Shown: piece by piece, positions 1 through 8,099 of the stretch | Layout of the letters: each line of letters begins with the position of its first letter | Numbering within the stretch: position 1 is the stretch's first letter | IMG/VR virus record: IMGVR_UViG_3300030021_000018 | Span: 1-23,498 of that record | DNA from: a virus | Lineage: Duplodnaviria; Heunggongvirae; Uroviricota; Caudoviricetes | Reading direction: 5' to 3' (one strand) | DNA length: 23,498 nucleotides | Translations under genes and position numbers: made by a program | The notes under the pieces: generated by a model | What the model was told of the DNA's origin: nothing | The model's input: only the letters and a program-made list of their open reading frames with translations | Database searches by the model: none

Positions 1-783
1 ATGGAAGACCGTGAACGCTTCCTGAACGCCCGCGACACCCTGCGTGCGTTGCTCGATAACAATATCGTTCCGGTAATCAATGAGAACGATGCTGTCGCTA
101 CGGCAGAGATTAAGGTCGGCGATAACGATAACCTTTCTGCGCTGGCGGCGATTCTGGCGGGTGCCGATAAACTGTTGCTGCTGACCGATCAAAAAGGTTT
201 GTATACCGCTGATCCGCGCAGCAATCCGCAGGCAGAACTGATTAAAGATGTTTACGGCATTGATGACGCACTGCGCGCGATTGCCGGTGACAGCGTTTCA
301 GGCCTCGGAACTGGCGGCATGAGTACCAAATTGCAGGCCGCTGACGTGGCTTGCCGTGCGGGTATCGACACCATTATTGCCGCGGGCAGCAAGCCGGGCG
401 TTATTGGTGATGTGATGGAAGGCATTTCCGTCGGTACGCTGTTCCATGCCCAGGCGACTCCGCTTGAAAACCGTAAACGCTGGATTTTCGGTGCGCCGCC
501 GGCGGGTGAAATCACGGTAGATGAAGGGGCAACTGCCGCCATTCTTGAACGCGGCAGCTCCCTGTTGCCGAAAGGCATTAAAAGCGTGACTGGCAATTTC
601 TCGCGTGGTGAAGTCATCCGCATTTGCAACCTCGAAGGTCGCGATATCGCCCACGGCGTCAGTCGTTACAACAGCGATGCATTACGCCGTATTGCCGGGC
701 ACCACTCGCAAGAAATTGATGCAATACTGGGATATGAATACGGCCCGGTTGCCGTTCACCGTGATGACATGATTACCCGTTAA
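1..783 (+). CDS. proB: Glutamate 5-kinase, C-terminal portion (5' end lies outside the window)
   Basis: ORF runs from base 1 to a stop at 781-783; translation ends ...[17 protein letters not shown], matching my memory of the ProB C-terminus including its PUA-like tail; proA follows 11 nt downstream as in the proBA operon. Confidence 0.93.
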
Positions 784-794
784 GGAGCAGGCTG

Positions 795-2048
795 ATGCTG
801 GAACAAATGGGCATTGCCGCGAAGCAAGCCTCGTATAAATTAGCGCAACTCTCCAGCCGCGAAAAAAATCGCGTGCTGGAAAAAATCGCCGATGAACTGG
901 AAGCACAAAGCGAAATCATCCTCAACGCTAACGCCCAGGATGTTGCTGACGCGCGTGCCAATGGCCTTGGCGAAGCGATGCTTGACCGTCTGGCACTGAC
1001 GCCCGCACGGCTGAAAGGCATTGCCGATGATGTGCGCCAGGTGTGTAACCTCGCCGATCCGGTGGGGCAGGTAATCGATGGCAGCGTACTGGACAGCGGC
1101 CTGCGTCTTGAGCGTCGTCGCGTACCGCTGGGGGTTATTGGCGTGATTTATGAAGCGCGCCCGAACGTGACGGTTGATGTCGCTTCGCTGTGCCTGAAAA
1201 CCGGTAATGCGGTGATCCTGCGCGGTGGCAAAGAAACGTGTCGCACTAACGCTGCAACGGTGGCGGTGATTCAGGACGCCCTGAAATCCTGCGGCTTACC
1301 GGCGGGTGCCGTGCAGGCGATTGATAATCCTGACCGTGCGCTGGTCAGTGAAATGCTGCGTATGGATAAATACATCGACATGCTGATCCCGCGTGGTGGC
1401 GCTGGTTTGCATAAACTGTGCCGTGAACAGTCGACAATCCCGGTGATCACAGGTGGTATAGGCGTATGCCATATTTACGTTGATGAAAGTGTAGAGATCG
1501 CTGAAGCATTAAAAGTGATCGTCAACGCGAAAACTCAGCGTCCGAGCACATGTAATACGGTTGAAACGTTGCTGGTGAATAAAAACATCGCCGATAGCTT
1601 CCTGCCCGCATTAAGCAAACAAATGGCGGAAAGCGGCGTGACATTACACGCAGATGCAGCTGCACTGGCGCAGTTGCAGGCAGGCCCTGCGAAGGTGGTT
1701 GCTGTTAAAGCCGAAGAGTATGACGATGAGTTTCTGTCATTAGATTTGAACGTCAAAATCGTCAGCGATCTTGACGATGCCATCGCCCATATTCGTGAAC
1801 ACGGCACACAACACTCCGATGCGATCCTGACCCGCGATATGCGCAACGCCCAGCGTTTTGTTAACGAAGTGGATTCGTCCGCTGTTTACGTTAACGCCTC
1901 TACGCGTTTTACCGACGGCGGCCAGTTTGGTCTGGGTGCGGAAGTGGCGGTAAGCACACAAAAACTCCACGCGCGTGGCCCAATGGGGCTGGAAGCACTG
2001 ACCACTTACAAGTGGATCGGCATTGGTGATTACACCATTCGTGCGTAA
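795..2048 (+). CDS. proA: Gamma-glutamyl phosphate reductase
   Basis: 417-aa ORF starting [21 protein letters not shown]..., recognisable as full-length E. coli ProA; GGAG-type RBS (aaGGAGcaggctgATG) upstream. Confidence 0.96.
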   Translation: MLEQMGIAAKQASYKLAQLSSREKNRVLEKIADELEAQSEIILNANAQDVADARANGLGEAMLDRLALTPARLKGIADDVRQVCNLADPVGQVIDGSVLDSGLRLERRRVPLGVIGVIYEARPNVTVDVASLCLKTGNAVILRGGKETCRTNAATVAVIQDALKSCGLPAGAVQAIDNPDRALVSEMLRMDKYIDMLIPRGGAGLHKLCREQSTIPVITGGIGVCHIYVDESVEIAEALKVIVNAKTQRPSTCNTVETLLVNKNIADSFLPALSKQMAESGVTLHADAAALAQLQAGPAKVVAVKAEEYDDEFLSLDLNVKIVSDLDDAIAHIREHGTQHSDAILTRDMRNAQRFVNEVDSSAVYVNASTRFTDGGQFGLGAEVAVSTQKLHARGPMGLEALTTYKWIGIGDYTIRA

Positions 2049-2162
2049 ATAAAACCGGGTGATGCAAAAGTAGCCATTTGATTCACAAGGCCATTGACGC
2101 ATCGCCCGGTTAGTTTTAACCTTGTCCACCGTGATTCACGTTCGTGAACATGTCCTTTCAGG

Positions 2163-2238
2163 GCCGATATAGCTCAGTTGGTAGAGCAGCGCATTCGTAA
2201 TGCGAAGGTCGTAGGTTCGACTCCTATTATCGGCACCA
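2163..2238 (+). tRNA. thrW: tRNA-Thr, anticodon CGU, with encoded CCA
   Basis: 76-nt sequence GCCGATATAGCTCAGTTGGTAGAGCAGCGCATTCGTAATGCGAAGGTCGTAGGTTCGACTCCTATTATCGGCACCA folds as a cloverleaf by eye: 7-bp acceptor stem GCCGATA/TATCGGC, anticodon loop TTCGTAA, T-arm GGTTCGA. Location directly after proA matches thrW. Confidence 0.95.
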
Positions 2239-2252
2239 TTTAAATCAATAAG

Positions 2253-3416
2253 TTACACATCATTAGTACCTTCCTTATTTTTTGACTGGGACAAATTTGG
2301 GACCGATGGGTTCAGGATCGAGTCTATTTGCCGTGCGTGTTCGGTAAGGTGATTAGGTGCAAGGTGAGCATATCGACGAACCATTTCGATAGACTCCCAG
2401 CCTCCCATTTCCTGTAACACTGACAACGGGACTCCGGCTTGAACCAGCCAACTTGCCCAGGTGTGTCTCAAGTCGTGAAATCTGAAATCATCAATACCAG
2501 CCCGTCTCAGCGCCGCTTTCCAGGCTGTGTTTGCGTCATACCGCATCTTCCTTACTGTTGGCGCTTTCGTTCCGTCTGGTTTGGTACAGCTTTCCTTGTA
2601 CACAAATACCCAACGGTGATGATTCCCGATTTGTTTTTTCAATACGCGACATGCAGTATCATTCAGCGCAACGCCAATTGCGCGGTTTGATTTACTCTCT
2701 TCCGGGTTTATCCATGCCACCCGGCGCTGCATATCTATTTGTTGCCATTCAAGGTTGATGATGTTCGAGCGTCTTAAGCCTGTTGCCAGTGCAAATTCAA
2801 CAACAGACTTTAATGGCTCCGGACATTCATCAATCAGCCTTTGTGCTTCATGGGGCTCCAGCCAGCGGATCCGTTTATTCTTTGGTTGAGGCACTTTAAT
2901 AATTGGTGCCTTATCCAGCATTTTCCATTCACGCTCTGCGGCTCTTAGTAGGGCCTTTATAAATGAAAGATGCGTAGCCTTCGTTGCAACGGACGCTGGT
3001 TTTGGCGTGTATTCTGGAACAGGTTTCCCTTTTTTTCTGCATGCTTCTGCCCTGAGTTTCCAGTTTTCCTCATGACGCCGGTTCGTCATTTTCTGCATTG
3101 CTGAATAAATTTTTGATTCAGTAATGTCTCTTAGTTGCATTCCTGCGAAATGTTGAAGCCAGAATCCGATCCGGCTTTTGTCATCGTCCAGTGATTTTTT
3201 ATGTGCTTTCTCTTCAAGCCACCTGACACACGCTTCCTCGAACGTTATATCAGGTATTTCACCAAGTTTGCTGACCCGCCATGCTTCAGCCTTTAGCTTG
3301 TCATGGAGTTCTGTCGCCTGCCTTTTGTCCTTTGTTCCAAGAGACTGTTTAAATCTTTTACCGTTCGGCAATGTGAAACTGGCGTACCATATTTCACCTC
3401 TGCGGAAGAGTGACAT
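2253..3416 (-). CDS. int: Tyrosine-type site-specific integrase (P22 Int-like)
   Basis: 387-aa ORF; N-terminus [33 protein letters not shown] and C-terminal catalytic region ...[42 protein letters not shown] (R..H-x-x-R..Y pattern) are typical of tyrosine recombinases; adjacent to the tRNA attachment site. Confidence 0.93.
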   Translation of the reverse strand: MSLFRRGEIWYASFTLPNGKRFKQSLGTKDKRQATELHDKLKAEAWRVSKLGEIPDITFEEACVRWLEEKAHKKSLDDDKSRIGFWLQHFAGMQLRDITESKIYSAMQKMTNRRHEENWKLRAEACRKKGKPVPEYTPKPASVATKATHLSFIKALLRAAEREWKMLDKAPIIKVPQPKNKRIRWLEPHEAQRLIDECPEPLKSVVEFALATGLRRSNIINLEWQQIDMQRRVAWINPEESKSNRAIGVALNDTACRVLKKQIGNHHRWVFVYKESCTKPDGTKAPTVRKMRYDANTAWKAALRRAGIDDFRFHDLRHTWASWLVQAGVPLSVLQEMGGWESIEMVRRYAHLAPNHLTEHARQIDSILNPSVPNLSQSKNKEGTNDV

Positions 3417-3643
3417 TTTCTTTCCTCTGTTATGCCATCACCCGCGCTCACCTGGACAGTATGCAGCGGAGACTGAAGAGCCGCAATGCAGGCTTGTCGT
3501 GTTGTGAGGTAAGGAGATTTATTCTTAGTGGGATCTTTGCGTGTTGCCTGAAGACGCCCTGTGCGTATCCAGTTAATGGCAGTCGGTCTGGATATCTTGA
3601 GAAAATGACAGGCCTCATCTAGTGTGAGGCTGTATGGCTCCAT
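3293..3643 (-). CDS. xis: Excisionase / DNA-binding protein (Xis), overlapping the int start by about 120 nt
   Basis: ATG at 3643..3641 preceded by GAGGTG (gaGGTGaaataATG); product [37 protein letters not shown]... has an N-terminal HTH typical of Xis/AlpA-type proteins; it sits immediately upstream of int on the same strand. The upstream in-frame extension to 3727 is rejected because it lacks an RBS and overlaps the next gene. Confidence 0.7.
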   Translation of the reverse strand: MEPYSLTLDEACHFLKISRPTAINWIRTGRLQATRKDPTKNKSPYLTTRQACIAALQSPLHTVQVSAGDGITEERKCHSSAEVKYGTPVSHCRTVKDLNSLLEQRTKGRRQNSMTS

Positions 3644-3948
3644 TATTTCACCTCTTGTTGTGACATTGTTGAAAAATGGATACCTGCTCGTTGCTGCCAG
3701 ACGATCCAACCGAGAGTCATATCCCATGCCATGTATTCGTTATCGCCGTTTTTTGCTCTCCGACGATCTACTAAGTCACCGAAACGCTTTTCCATGAATA
3801 ATTCATAAGCTTCGCGTTCATCTGGTTCTACTTCCAGAGATAGGAGTGCGATTTCATAAGCACGGCGCTCAATATCGTCTCGCACGTCAAGGCTGCTGAT
3901 ACGCTCTTTAATTTCTTTAATCAGTTCTTTGTCGGTAAAAGTGGTCAT
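3643..3948 (-). CDS. Hypothetical early-left protein (101 aa, acidic)
   Basis: ATG at 3948..3946 with GGAG 5 nt upstream (ccGGAGgctggagcataATG); its stop overlaps the xis start (TAATG), giving a tight operon with xis and int. No family recognised. Confidence 0.6.
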   Translation of the reverse strand: MTTFTDKELIKEIKERISSLDVRDDIERRAYEIALLSLEVEPDEREAYELFMEKRFGDLVDRRRAKNGDNEYMAWDMTLGWIVWQQRAGIHFSTMSQQEVK

Positions 3949-4310
3949 TATGCTCCAGCCTCCGGTGCTTTTGGCATTACTGCCCAGTGAGTGATATTGA
4001 CGTTTTCAAGGTCCCCGACCTGAAATGTCCACTGCCATTCTCCGGTTTCTTTTTGTCCCCAGGTGTACCAGAGAGAACGCCAGCCAATTAGCCAGCCTTC
4101 TCCGTTAGCATCGAATAACAAAACACTTTCATTTGCTGGTGGCAGTTCAGTTGACACTGGTATTACTTTGTTTTCCTGTGCTGCACATTTAGCTTCAAGC
4201 GCATCGAATTTACGCACCAGGTATTCAGCATCTGTTTCATTCACTTTCAGATCTCGCGGTACACATCTCCCACGAAGAAACCCTTCCATTTCTAAAACAT
4301 TCATGCGCAT
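3948..4310 (-). CDS. Hypothetical early-left protein (120 aa, Trp-rich C-terminal region)
   Basis: ATG at 4310 with GGAG upstream; its stop overlaps the start of the next gene by 1 nt; C-terminal WxxW-rich segment (GWLIGWRSLWYTWGQKETGEWQWTF). No confident family assignment. Confidence 0.55.
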   Translation of the reverse strand: MRMNVLEMEGFLRGRCVPRDLKVNETDAEYLVRKFDALEAKCAAQENKVIPVSTELPPANESVLLFDANGEGWLIGWRSLWYTWGQKETGEWQWTFQVGDLENVNITHWAVMPKAPEAGA

Positions 4311-4837
4311 TTGCGTAACTCCGATAACTCGTTAAAACGTTCCATAAACATCCCGTAGGCATGGCCCGGTGCCTGTGGAATCACTTTGAACATCTCTGTT
4401 GCCGGGATACCTTCCAGTACAGGCCAGAAAGAGCCATCATCAAGCCCGAGATCGCGGCGTTCGGTTGCCAGCATAATGAGATCGGCATATTTCACTGGCG
4501 TGCTCATAACAGGAGGTAACCCGTATTTCTCACGTATTACGGCGTCTATTTTTTCTTCCATCCGTTTATAGTCAGGAAGAAGTCGTTTCAGTGGTGCGGG
4601 GATGTCCTGGCAATATGCTTCTGTTGCATCATGCATTAAAGCTTCAAAAGCAAATTCCTGTGGCACCAGCTGGCTGCAAAGCACCGCATGTTGGGCGACA
4701 CTGTAGAAGTGTGAAAGATGTCCTGCAAAGCGACAGATATTTGAAAGGGAAACCGCGATATCGTTAATAACGATGTCGTCTTTATTTATCCTGTCATAAT
4801 AAAAATGCTTCCCGGAAAAAGTTTTAATAAATGACAT
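4301..4837 (-). CDS. HD-domain phosphohydrolase (YfbR-like 5'-deoxynucleotidase family candidate)
   Basis: ATG at 4837 with GGAG RBS (cgtGGAGaacaaaATG); the product contains H...HD metal-binding signatures (LSHFYSVAQHAV...LMHDATEAY). The GTG at 4864 offered by the ORF track lacks an RBS. Confidence 0.7.
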   Translation of the reverse strand: MSFIKTFSGKHFYYDRINKDDIVINDIAVSLSNICRFAGHLSHFYSVAQHAVLCSQLVPQEFAFEALMHDATEAYCQDIPAPLKRLLPDYKRMEEKIDAVIREKYGLPPVMSTPVKYADLIMLATERRDLGLDDGSFWPVLEGIPATEMFKVIPQAPGHAYGMFMERFNELSELRKCA

Positions 4838-4864
4838 TTTGTTCTCCACGTATATGCGCTGCAC

Positions 4865-5381
4865 CGCGCTGAATTCGGGTAAAAGGAAGCCCTCACCGTC
4901 CGGCGATTATTGAGTCATTTACATTTCCATAAATGCCCCCGTAGGGGCGGTTAGTTTCTCCACAAAACAGAGAAGAACACCTGCGGTGGCAGCCGCCCGG
5001 ATGGATTGGGTTATGAGCCCGTCGTCCGGTGATGCTCTTCTCTGTTTTGTAAAAAGGACGGTACCAGCCGGAAGCAAGGGTACAAGCTGGTACCGCCAAG
5101 ACTACACACAGCATAAAGTTGTGGTGCCGGGTGCCTCCCGGTGCCTGGCGAAGGTTGCACACCAGGCGGGTGGGTATCCACAGAAGGTCGACTGTCAGCC
5201 TCAACCTTAACCCGCGTGCGCTGAGCCGCATTCACCACAACGCTAAGGATTCTCTCTGGTTGAAAATACTTAGCTGTTATGTGCCTGCTTTTAGCCACAT
5301 CAGGCGAGGTGGACCTAGTTATTCCCCAACAACAAGGATTCGGTTAATCTGGTTATCCCCAACAACGCAAAAGGAAAAGAA
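4865..5381. other. About 0.5 kb GC-rich non-coding region with nested inverted repeats (candidate structured RNA and/or divergent promoter region)
   Basis: No ORF with a plausible RBS; track ORFs here overlap one another in several frames. Perfect 15-bp inverted repeat 4962-4976 / 5036-5050 (acaaaacagagaaga / tcttctctgttttgt); 10-bp stem 5059-5068 / 5086-5095; long-range 9-bp pairing 5118-5126 / 5233-5241; several GC-only hairpins (4945-4958, 5127-5141, 5143-5167). Confidence 0.5.
5318..5366 (+). repeat. Two direct copies of GTTAT(T)CCCCAACAAC about 34 bp apart, just upstream of the 5382 start codon
   Basis: gttattccccaacaac at 5318-5333 and gttatccccaacaac at 5352-5366. The second copy contains TTATCCCCA, one mismatch from the DnaA-box consensus TTATCCACA. 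Confidence 0.6.
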
Positions 5382-5816
5382 ATGTCCGGTAATATCTATA
5401 CGCTGTACAAATCCCACTGTGAAAATGTTGGAAAGTATCGGGGCATTGAAATCAGTGGGGTAGTGTCATCAGTCGAAATAAGCAAAGTTGAATCAAGGGC
5501 AACATTACTTACTCTTTTGGACCTTGTCTTACATGAGCACCGGAAGAAATTCGGCACTCCCTATAATCAGTTGAATGGGAAAAAGGCTCTGGTTCACCTT
5601 ATTCTGATGAAGCATCACTGGATGCCAAAACAGATTAATGAGATGAAATTTGATGAACTTCTTCTTTCAATTCAGGATGAACTCACACTTGATAAAATAA
5701 GCGTAACCGCCCAGAAATTTTTAGATTATCGAGACTGGAGATCACAAATTCATCACTTTGATGATTTTGACGAAAATGAATGGGATCCTAATTTGTCTGC
5801 ACAATATCTAAAGTAA
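5382..5816 (+). CDS. Orphan hypothetical protein (144 aa) in an AT-rich segment
   Basis: ATG at 5382 preceded by AAGGAAAAGAA; a 435-nt open frame in visibly AT-rich DNA, where long ORFs are unlikely by chance; no homolog recognised. Confidence 0.65.
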   Translation: MSGNIYTLYKSHCENVGKYRGIEISGVVSSVEISKVESRATLLTLLDLVLHEHRKKFGTPYNQLNGKKALVHLILMKHHWMPKQINEMKFDELLLSIQDELTLDKISVTAQKFLDYRDWRSQIHHFDDFDENEWDPNLSAQYLK

Positions 5817-5994
5817 CATCCTGTGATAAAACCGTGATTTCCTGATCCAGTTTTTTTAAGGAGTCTATTGTTTCCTGTCGATAAGACAGCACTTCACGAA
5901 GCTGGTTTATAGCTGCCAGCTTCTTTGTCATCCACTCATAAATTTCCTCATCTGTGTAGCCAGGCGCGACGATTTTGGGTTCTGTTTTGTGCAT
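5788..5994 (-). CDS. Small hypothetical protein (68 aa, predicted coiled coil) at the position where an N-like gene would sit
   Basis: ATG at 5994..5992 with GAGGAG 8 nt upstream (ttGAGGAGatgtgaaATG); the ORF-track TTG start at 6009 is rejected. Its 3' end overlaps the 3' end of the 5382..5816 gene by 29 bp (convergent). No arginine-rich N-type motif. Confidence 0.5.
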   Translation of the reverse strand: MHKTEPKIVAPGYTDEEIYEWMTKKLAAINQLREVLSYRQETIDSLKKLDQEITVLSQDVTLDIVQTN

Positions 5995-6052
5995 TTCACA
6001 TCTCCTCAAGTTATCAGTTACTTGTTGATGGGGACCAGATTGTTAAAGAGCT

Positions 6053-6078
6053 AAGCGTCCTGTAGGGCGCTTTTTTGT
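6053..6078 (+). terminator. Candidate intrinsic terminator (plus strand)
   Basis: aagcgtcc-tgta-gggcgctt stem-loop followed by ttttttg (6071-6077); orientation is right for stopping rightward transcription before it runs antisense into cI. Confidence 0.5.
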
Positions 6079-6241
6079 TGCTAACGAATCATCCTGGACT
6101 TCATATGCCCCAGGCGGCTACTTCGTGGGCGTCCTGCCTGTTCGTTATCTTTGATATAAAATCTAACTTAACTTAGTTATTATGGCAAGAGAAAACACCA
6201 AACTTTTCTTAGTTCGGTGCCTTAGTTAGAGAAGAGAGGTC

Positions 6242-6868
6242 TTAGAGTTCGTATTGAACTCCTTTGACTACACCAATGATAAGGCAATTACCATTGATAG
6301 GGATGTTGGGATACCGAGGATTTAATGGCACTAAAAACTTTTGAGGGCCATCGATGACTAATTTTTTTACTGTAGCTTCGTTTGTTCCATCAAGTCGAGC
6401 GATGACTATTTTTCCATGACGAGGTTCTGCATCTGGATCTACAATCACTGTTGCGCCTTCTGGTATTGTTGGGAGGCCATTAGGGTTAGTCATGGAGTCA
6501 CCTTTAACCTCTAATGCAAATGAGTTATCACCAATCTTTAATGATGTATCTACCCACTTGTCCACTTCACTAAACACTTCTGCTGCCCTGCACTCAGTAA
6601 ACTGCCCAGCCTGAACCCACGATATTACAGGAACTCTGCGCATGTTTGTGACGAGTTTGCCTTCAAACTCAGCACCATAAAGAATGTAATCTATTGACGT
6701 ATTGAAGAACTTCGCTAATTTCGAAAGTGCCTCCCCACCAGGGGTATTGATGTCTTTCTCCCAGTACCCCACAGCAACGTCGCTTACTCCACAAAATTTA
6801 CCCAATTCTTTCTGGGACGTTCCGGTAACTCTTCTCAGAGCTTTTATACGCTGACCAACCGTTTCCAT
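6242..6868 (-). CDS. cI: CI/C2-type phage repressor (HTH plus S24 LexA-like autopeptidase domain)
   Basis: 208 aa; N-terminal HTH (QKELGKFCGVSDVAVGYWEKD), C-terminal S24 signature with GDSM and downstream Lys (EATVKKLV); divergent from a Cro-like gene across a 97-bp operator region. Confidence 0.9.
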   Translation of the reverse strand: METVGQRIKALRRVTGTSQKELGKFCGVSDVAVGYWEKDINTPGGEALSKLAKFFNTSIDYILYGAEFEGKLVTNMRRVPVISWVQAGQFTECRAAEVFSEVDKWVDTSLKIGDNSFALEVKGDSMTNPNGLPTIPEGATVIVDPDAEPRHGKIVIARLDGTNEATVKKLVIDGPQKFLVPLNPRYPNIPINGNCLIIGVVKGVQYEL

Positions 6869-6965
6869 AGGAGCACCATTTCTTGAATTGCTAAGTAATC
6901 TTAGTTTTTATTGACCAAAGATAGATTTGTAATTAGCATCTAATAAAACTTAGTTTGGAGGGCGT
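6869..6965. promoter_or_regulatory. Immunity operator/promoter region (OR with divergent PRM/PR candidates)
   Basis: Palindromes ctaagtaatcttag (6891-6904) and attagcatctaat (6932-6944) sharing CTAAG/CTTAG-type half-sites; TTGACC (6911-6916) with a weak -10 candidate TAGCAT 17 bp downstream, oriented toward cro; GGAGGG RBS before the cro ATG. Confidence 0.6.
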
Positions 6966-7166
6966 ATGACAACTGACGATATCGAAAGCTACTTCGGCAG
7001 TATTGAGAAAGTTGCTGCTTTTTTCGGCATAACAACTGAAGCCGTTTATCAGTGGCGAAACCGTCCGGGCCAGTTAATTCCAAAAGGACGTGCAGCAGAA
7101 GCTGCATATAGAACTTGCGGACGGTTGCCATTTAAACCTGAGCTTTATGAAAAATCTAATGGATAA
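6966..7166 (+). CDS. cro: Cro-like HTH regulator
   Basis: 66-aa ORF divergent from cI, with a GGAGGG RBS; small size, basic C-terminus and position are as expected for Cro. Confidence 0.8.
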   Translation: MTTDDIESYFGSIEKVAAFFGITTEAVYQWRNRPGQLIPKGRAAEAAYRTCGRLPFKPELYEKSNG

Positions 7167-7755
7167 ATCGATTAACAGAAACCACAGAACGATGAGGCTA
7201 ACCGTGGGTAAGCATCACTGGAAAATAGAAAAACAGCCTGAGTGGTACGTGAAAGCTGTCAGAAAAACTATCGCGGCGTTGCCGGGTGGTTACGCTGAAG
7301 CAGCTGACTGGCTGGATGTAACAGAAAACGCATTATTTAACCGCCTTCGTGCCGATGGCGATCAGATTTTCCCGCTGGGATGGGCAATGATTTTGCAACG
7401 TGCTGGTGGAACTCACTTCATTGCTGACGCTGTGGCGCAGTCTGCAAATGGCGTCTTTGTGTCTCTTCCTGACGTCGAGGATGTGGACAACGCCGATATT
7501 AACCAGCGCCTGCTGGAAGTCATTGAACAGATTGGCAGTTATTCCAGACAGATTCGTTCGGCAATCGAAGACGGTGTGGTGGAACCGCATGAGAAGACAG
7601 CAATTAACGACGAGCTGTATCTCTCAATTTCGAAGCTGCAGGAGCATGCAGCACTGGTCTACAAAATCTTTTGCATTTCAGAAAGTAATGACGCCCGCGA
7701 GTGTGCAGCTCCGGGCGCCGTGGCGTGTCGTGACTGTGGAGAAACTAACGCATGA
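7147..7755 (+). CDS. CII-like early regulatory protein (family assignment tentative); start codon uncertain (7147, 7192 or GTG 7204)
   Basis: Long ORF immediately downstream of cro, in the canonical cII position. The family is my recollection of CP76/YdaT-type phage regulators and is not confirmed; the GTG at 7204 has the best RBS (GAGG 6 nt upstream). Confidence 0.5.
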   Translation: MKNLMDKSINRNHRTMRLTVGKHHWKIEKQPEWYVKAVRKTIAALPGGYAEAADWLDVTENALFNRLRADGDQIFPLGWAMILQRAGGTHFIADAVAQSANGVFVSLPDVEDVDNADINQRLLEVIEQIGSYSRQIRSAIEDGVVEPHEKTAINDELYLSISKLQEHAALVYKIFCISESNDARECAAPGAVACRDCGETNA

Positions 7756-8090
7756 ACAGTTTAACAACACACTACCGTCGCTCGCAACTGATTGCGCTTC
7801 CTGTACCGGGTGGAAAAGCGAAGGTGGAGTATTGCTATGCAGTTAATGTACCAGGTGACAGGGAAATTGTAACCCACAGCTTTGCTGAGTGGGCTGTGGG
7901 TGATTTCAACCGGCAGAAGGAGACAGTCCTTTGCGACAAGTTAACCGCTGGTTCAAAGATCACTACGGAGTGCCCGTCAGAGTCATTCGTTGGGAGCCGG
8001 AAACACAACGTGTTATCTACCTCCGCGAAGGCTATGAGCATGAGTGCTTCAGCCCGCTCGAACAGTTTCGTCGTAAATTCAGGGAAATAG
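7752..8090 (+). CDS. Hypothetical protein (112 aa), ATGA-coupled to the upstream gene; C-terminal half is low-complexity and may not be real
   Basis: Start overlaps the upstream stop (ATGA at 7752-7755). The N-terminal half looks protein-like; the C-terminal half ([24 protein letters not shown]) looks like frame noise, and a better-looking ORF exists in another frame (see findings). Confidence 0.4.
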   Translation: MNSLTTHYRRSQLIALPVPGGKAKVEYCYAVNVPGDREIVTHSFAEWAVGDFNRQKETVLCDKLTAGSKITTECPSESFVGSRKHNVLSTSAKAMSMSASARSNSFVVNSGK

Positions 8091-8099
8091 AGGTCGGTC

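Noticed and set aside
252-654. Two minus-strand ORFs (125 and 118 aa) inside proB
   Set aside because: Antisense shadow ORFs within a well-supported host gene; no RBS context and compositionally biased translations.
1535-2129. Minus-strand ORFs (103 and 129 aa) overlapping proA and the proA-thrW spacer
   Set aside because: Shadow frames of proA; the second would run through the thrW promoter region.
2131-2150. Short dyad TTCACG-tt-CGTGAA just upstream of thrW
   Set aside because: Host-side sequence upstream of the tRNA, most likely part of the native thrW promoter or regulatory region; only 6-bp arms, too weak to call on its own.
4865-5381. Retron msr/msd interpretation of the structured region
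   Set aside because: Long inverted repeats are suggestive, but no reverse-transcriptase ORF is adjacent in either orientation; kept only as a generic structured-RNA candidate.
4893-5463. Four overlapping track ORFs (74-114 aa) on both strands in the GC-rich region
   Set aside because: They are mutually overlapping, lack RBS signals, and have Arg/Pro/Gly-rich translations typical of random GC-rich frames; the region is better explained as non-coding.
7400-7846. 148-aa alternate-frame ORF inside the CII-like gene
   Set aside because: Embedded in the opposite reading frame of a longer, better-placed ORF; translation is low-complexity and there is no RBS.
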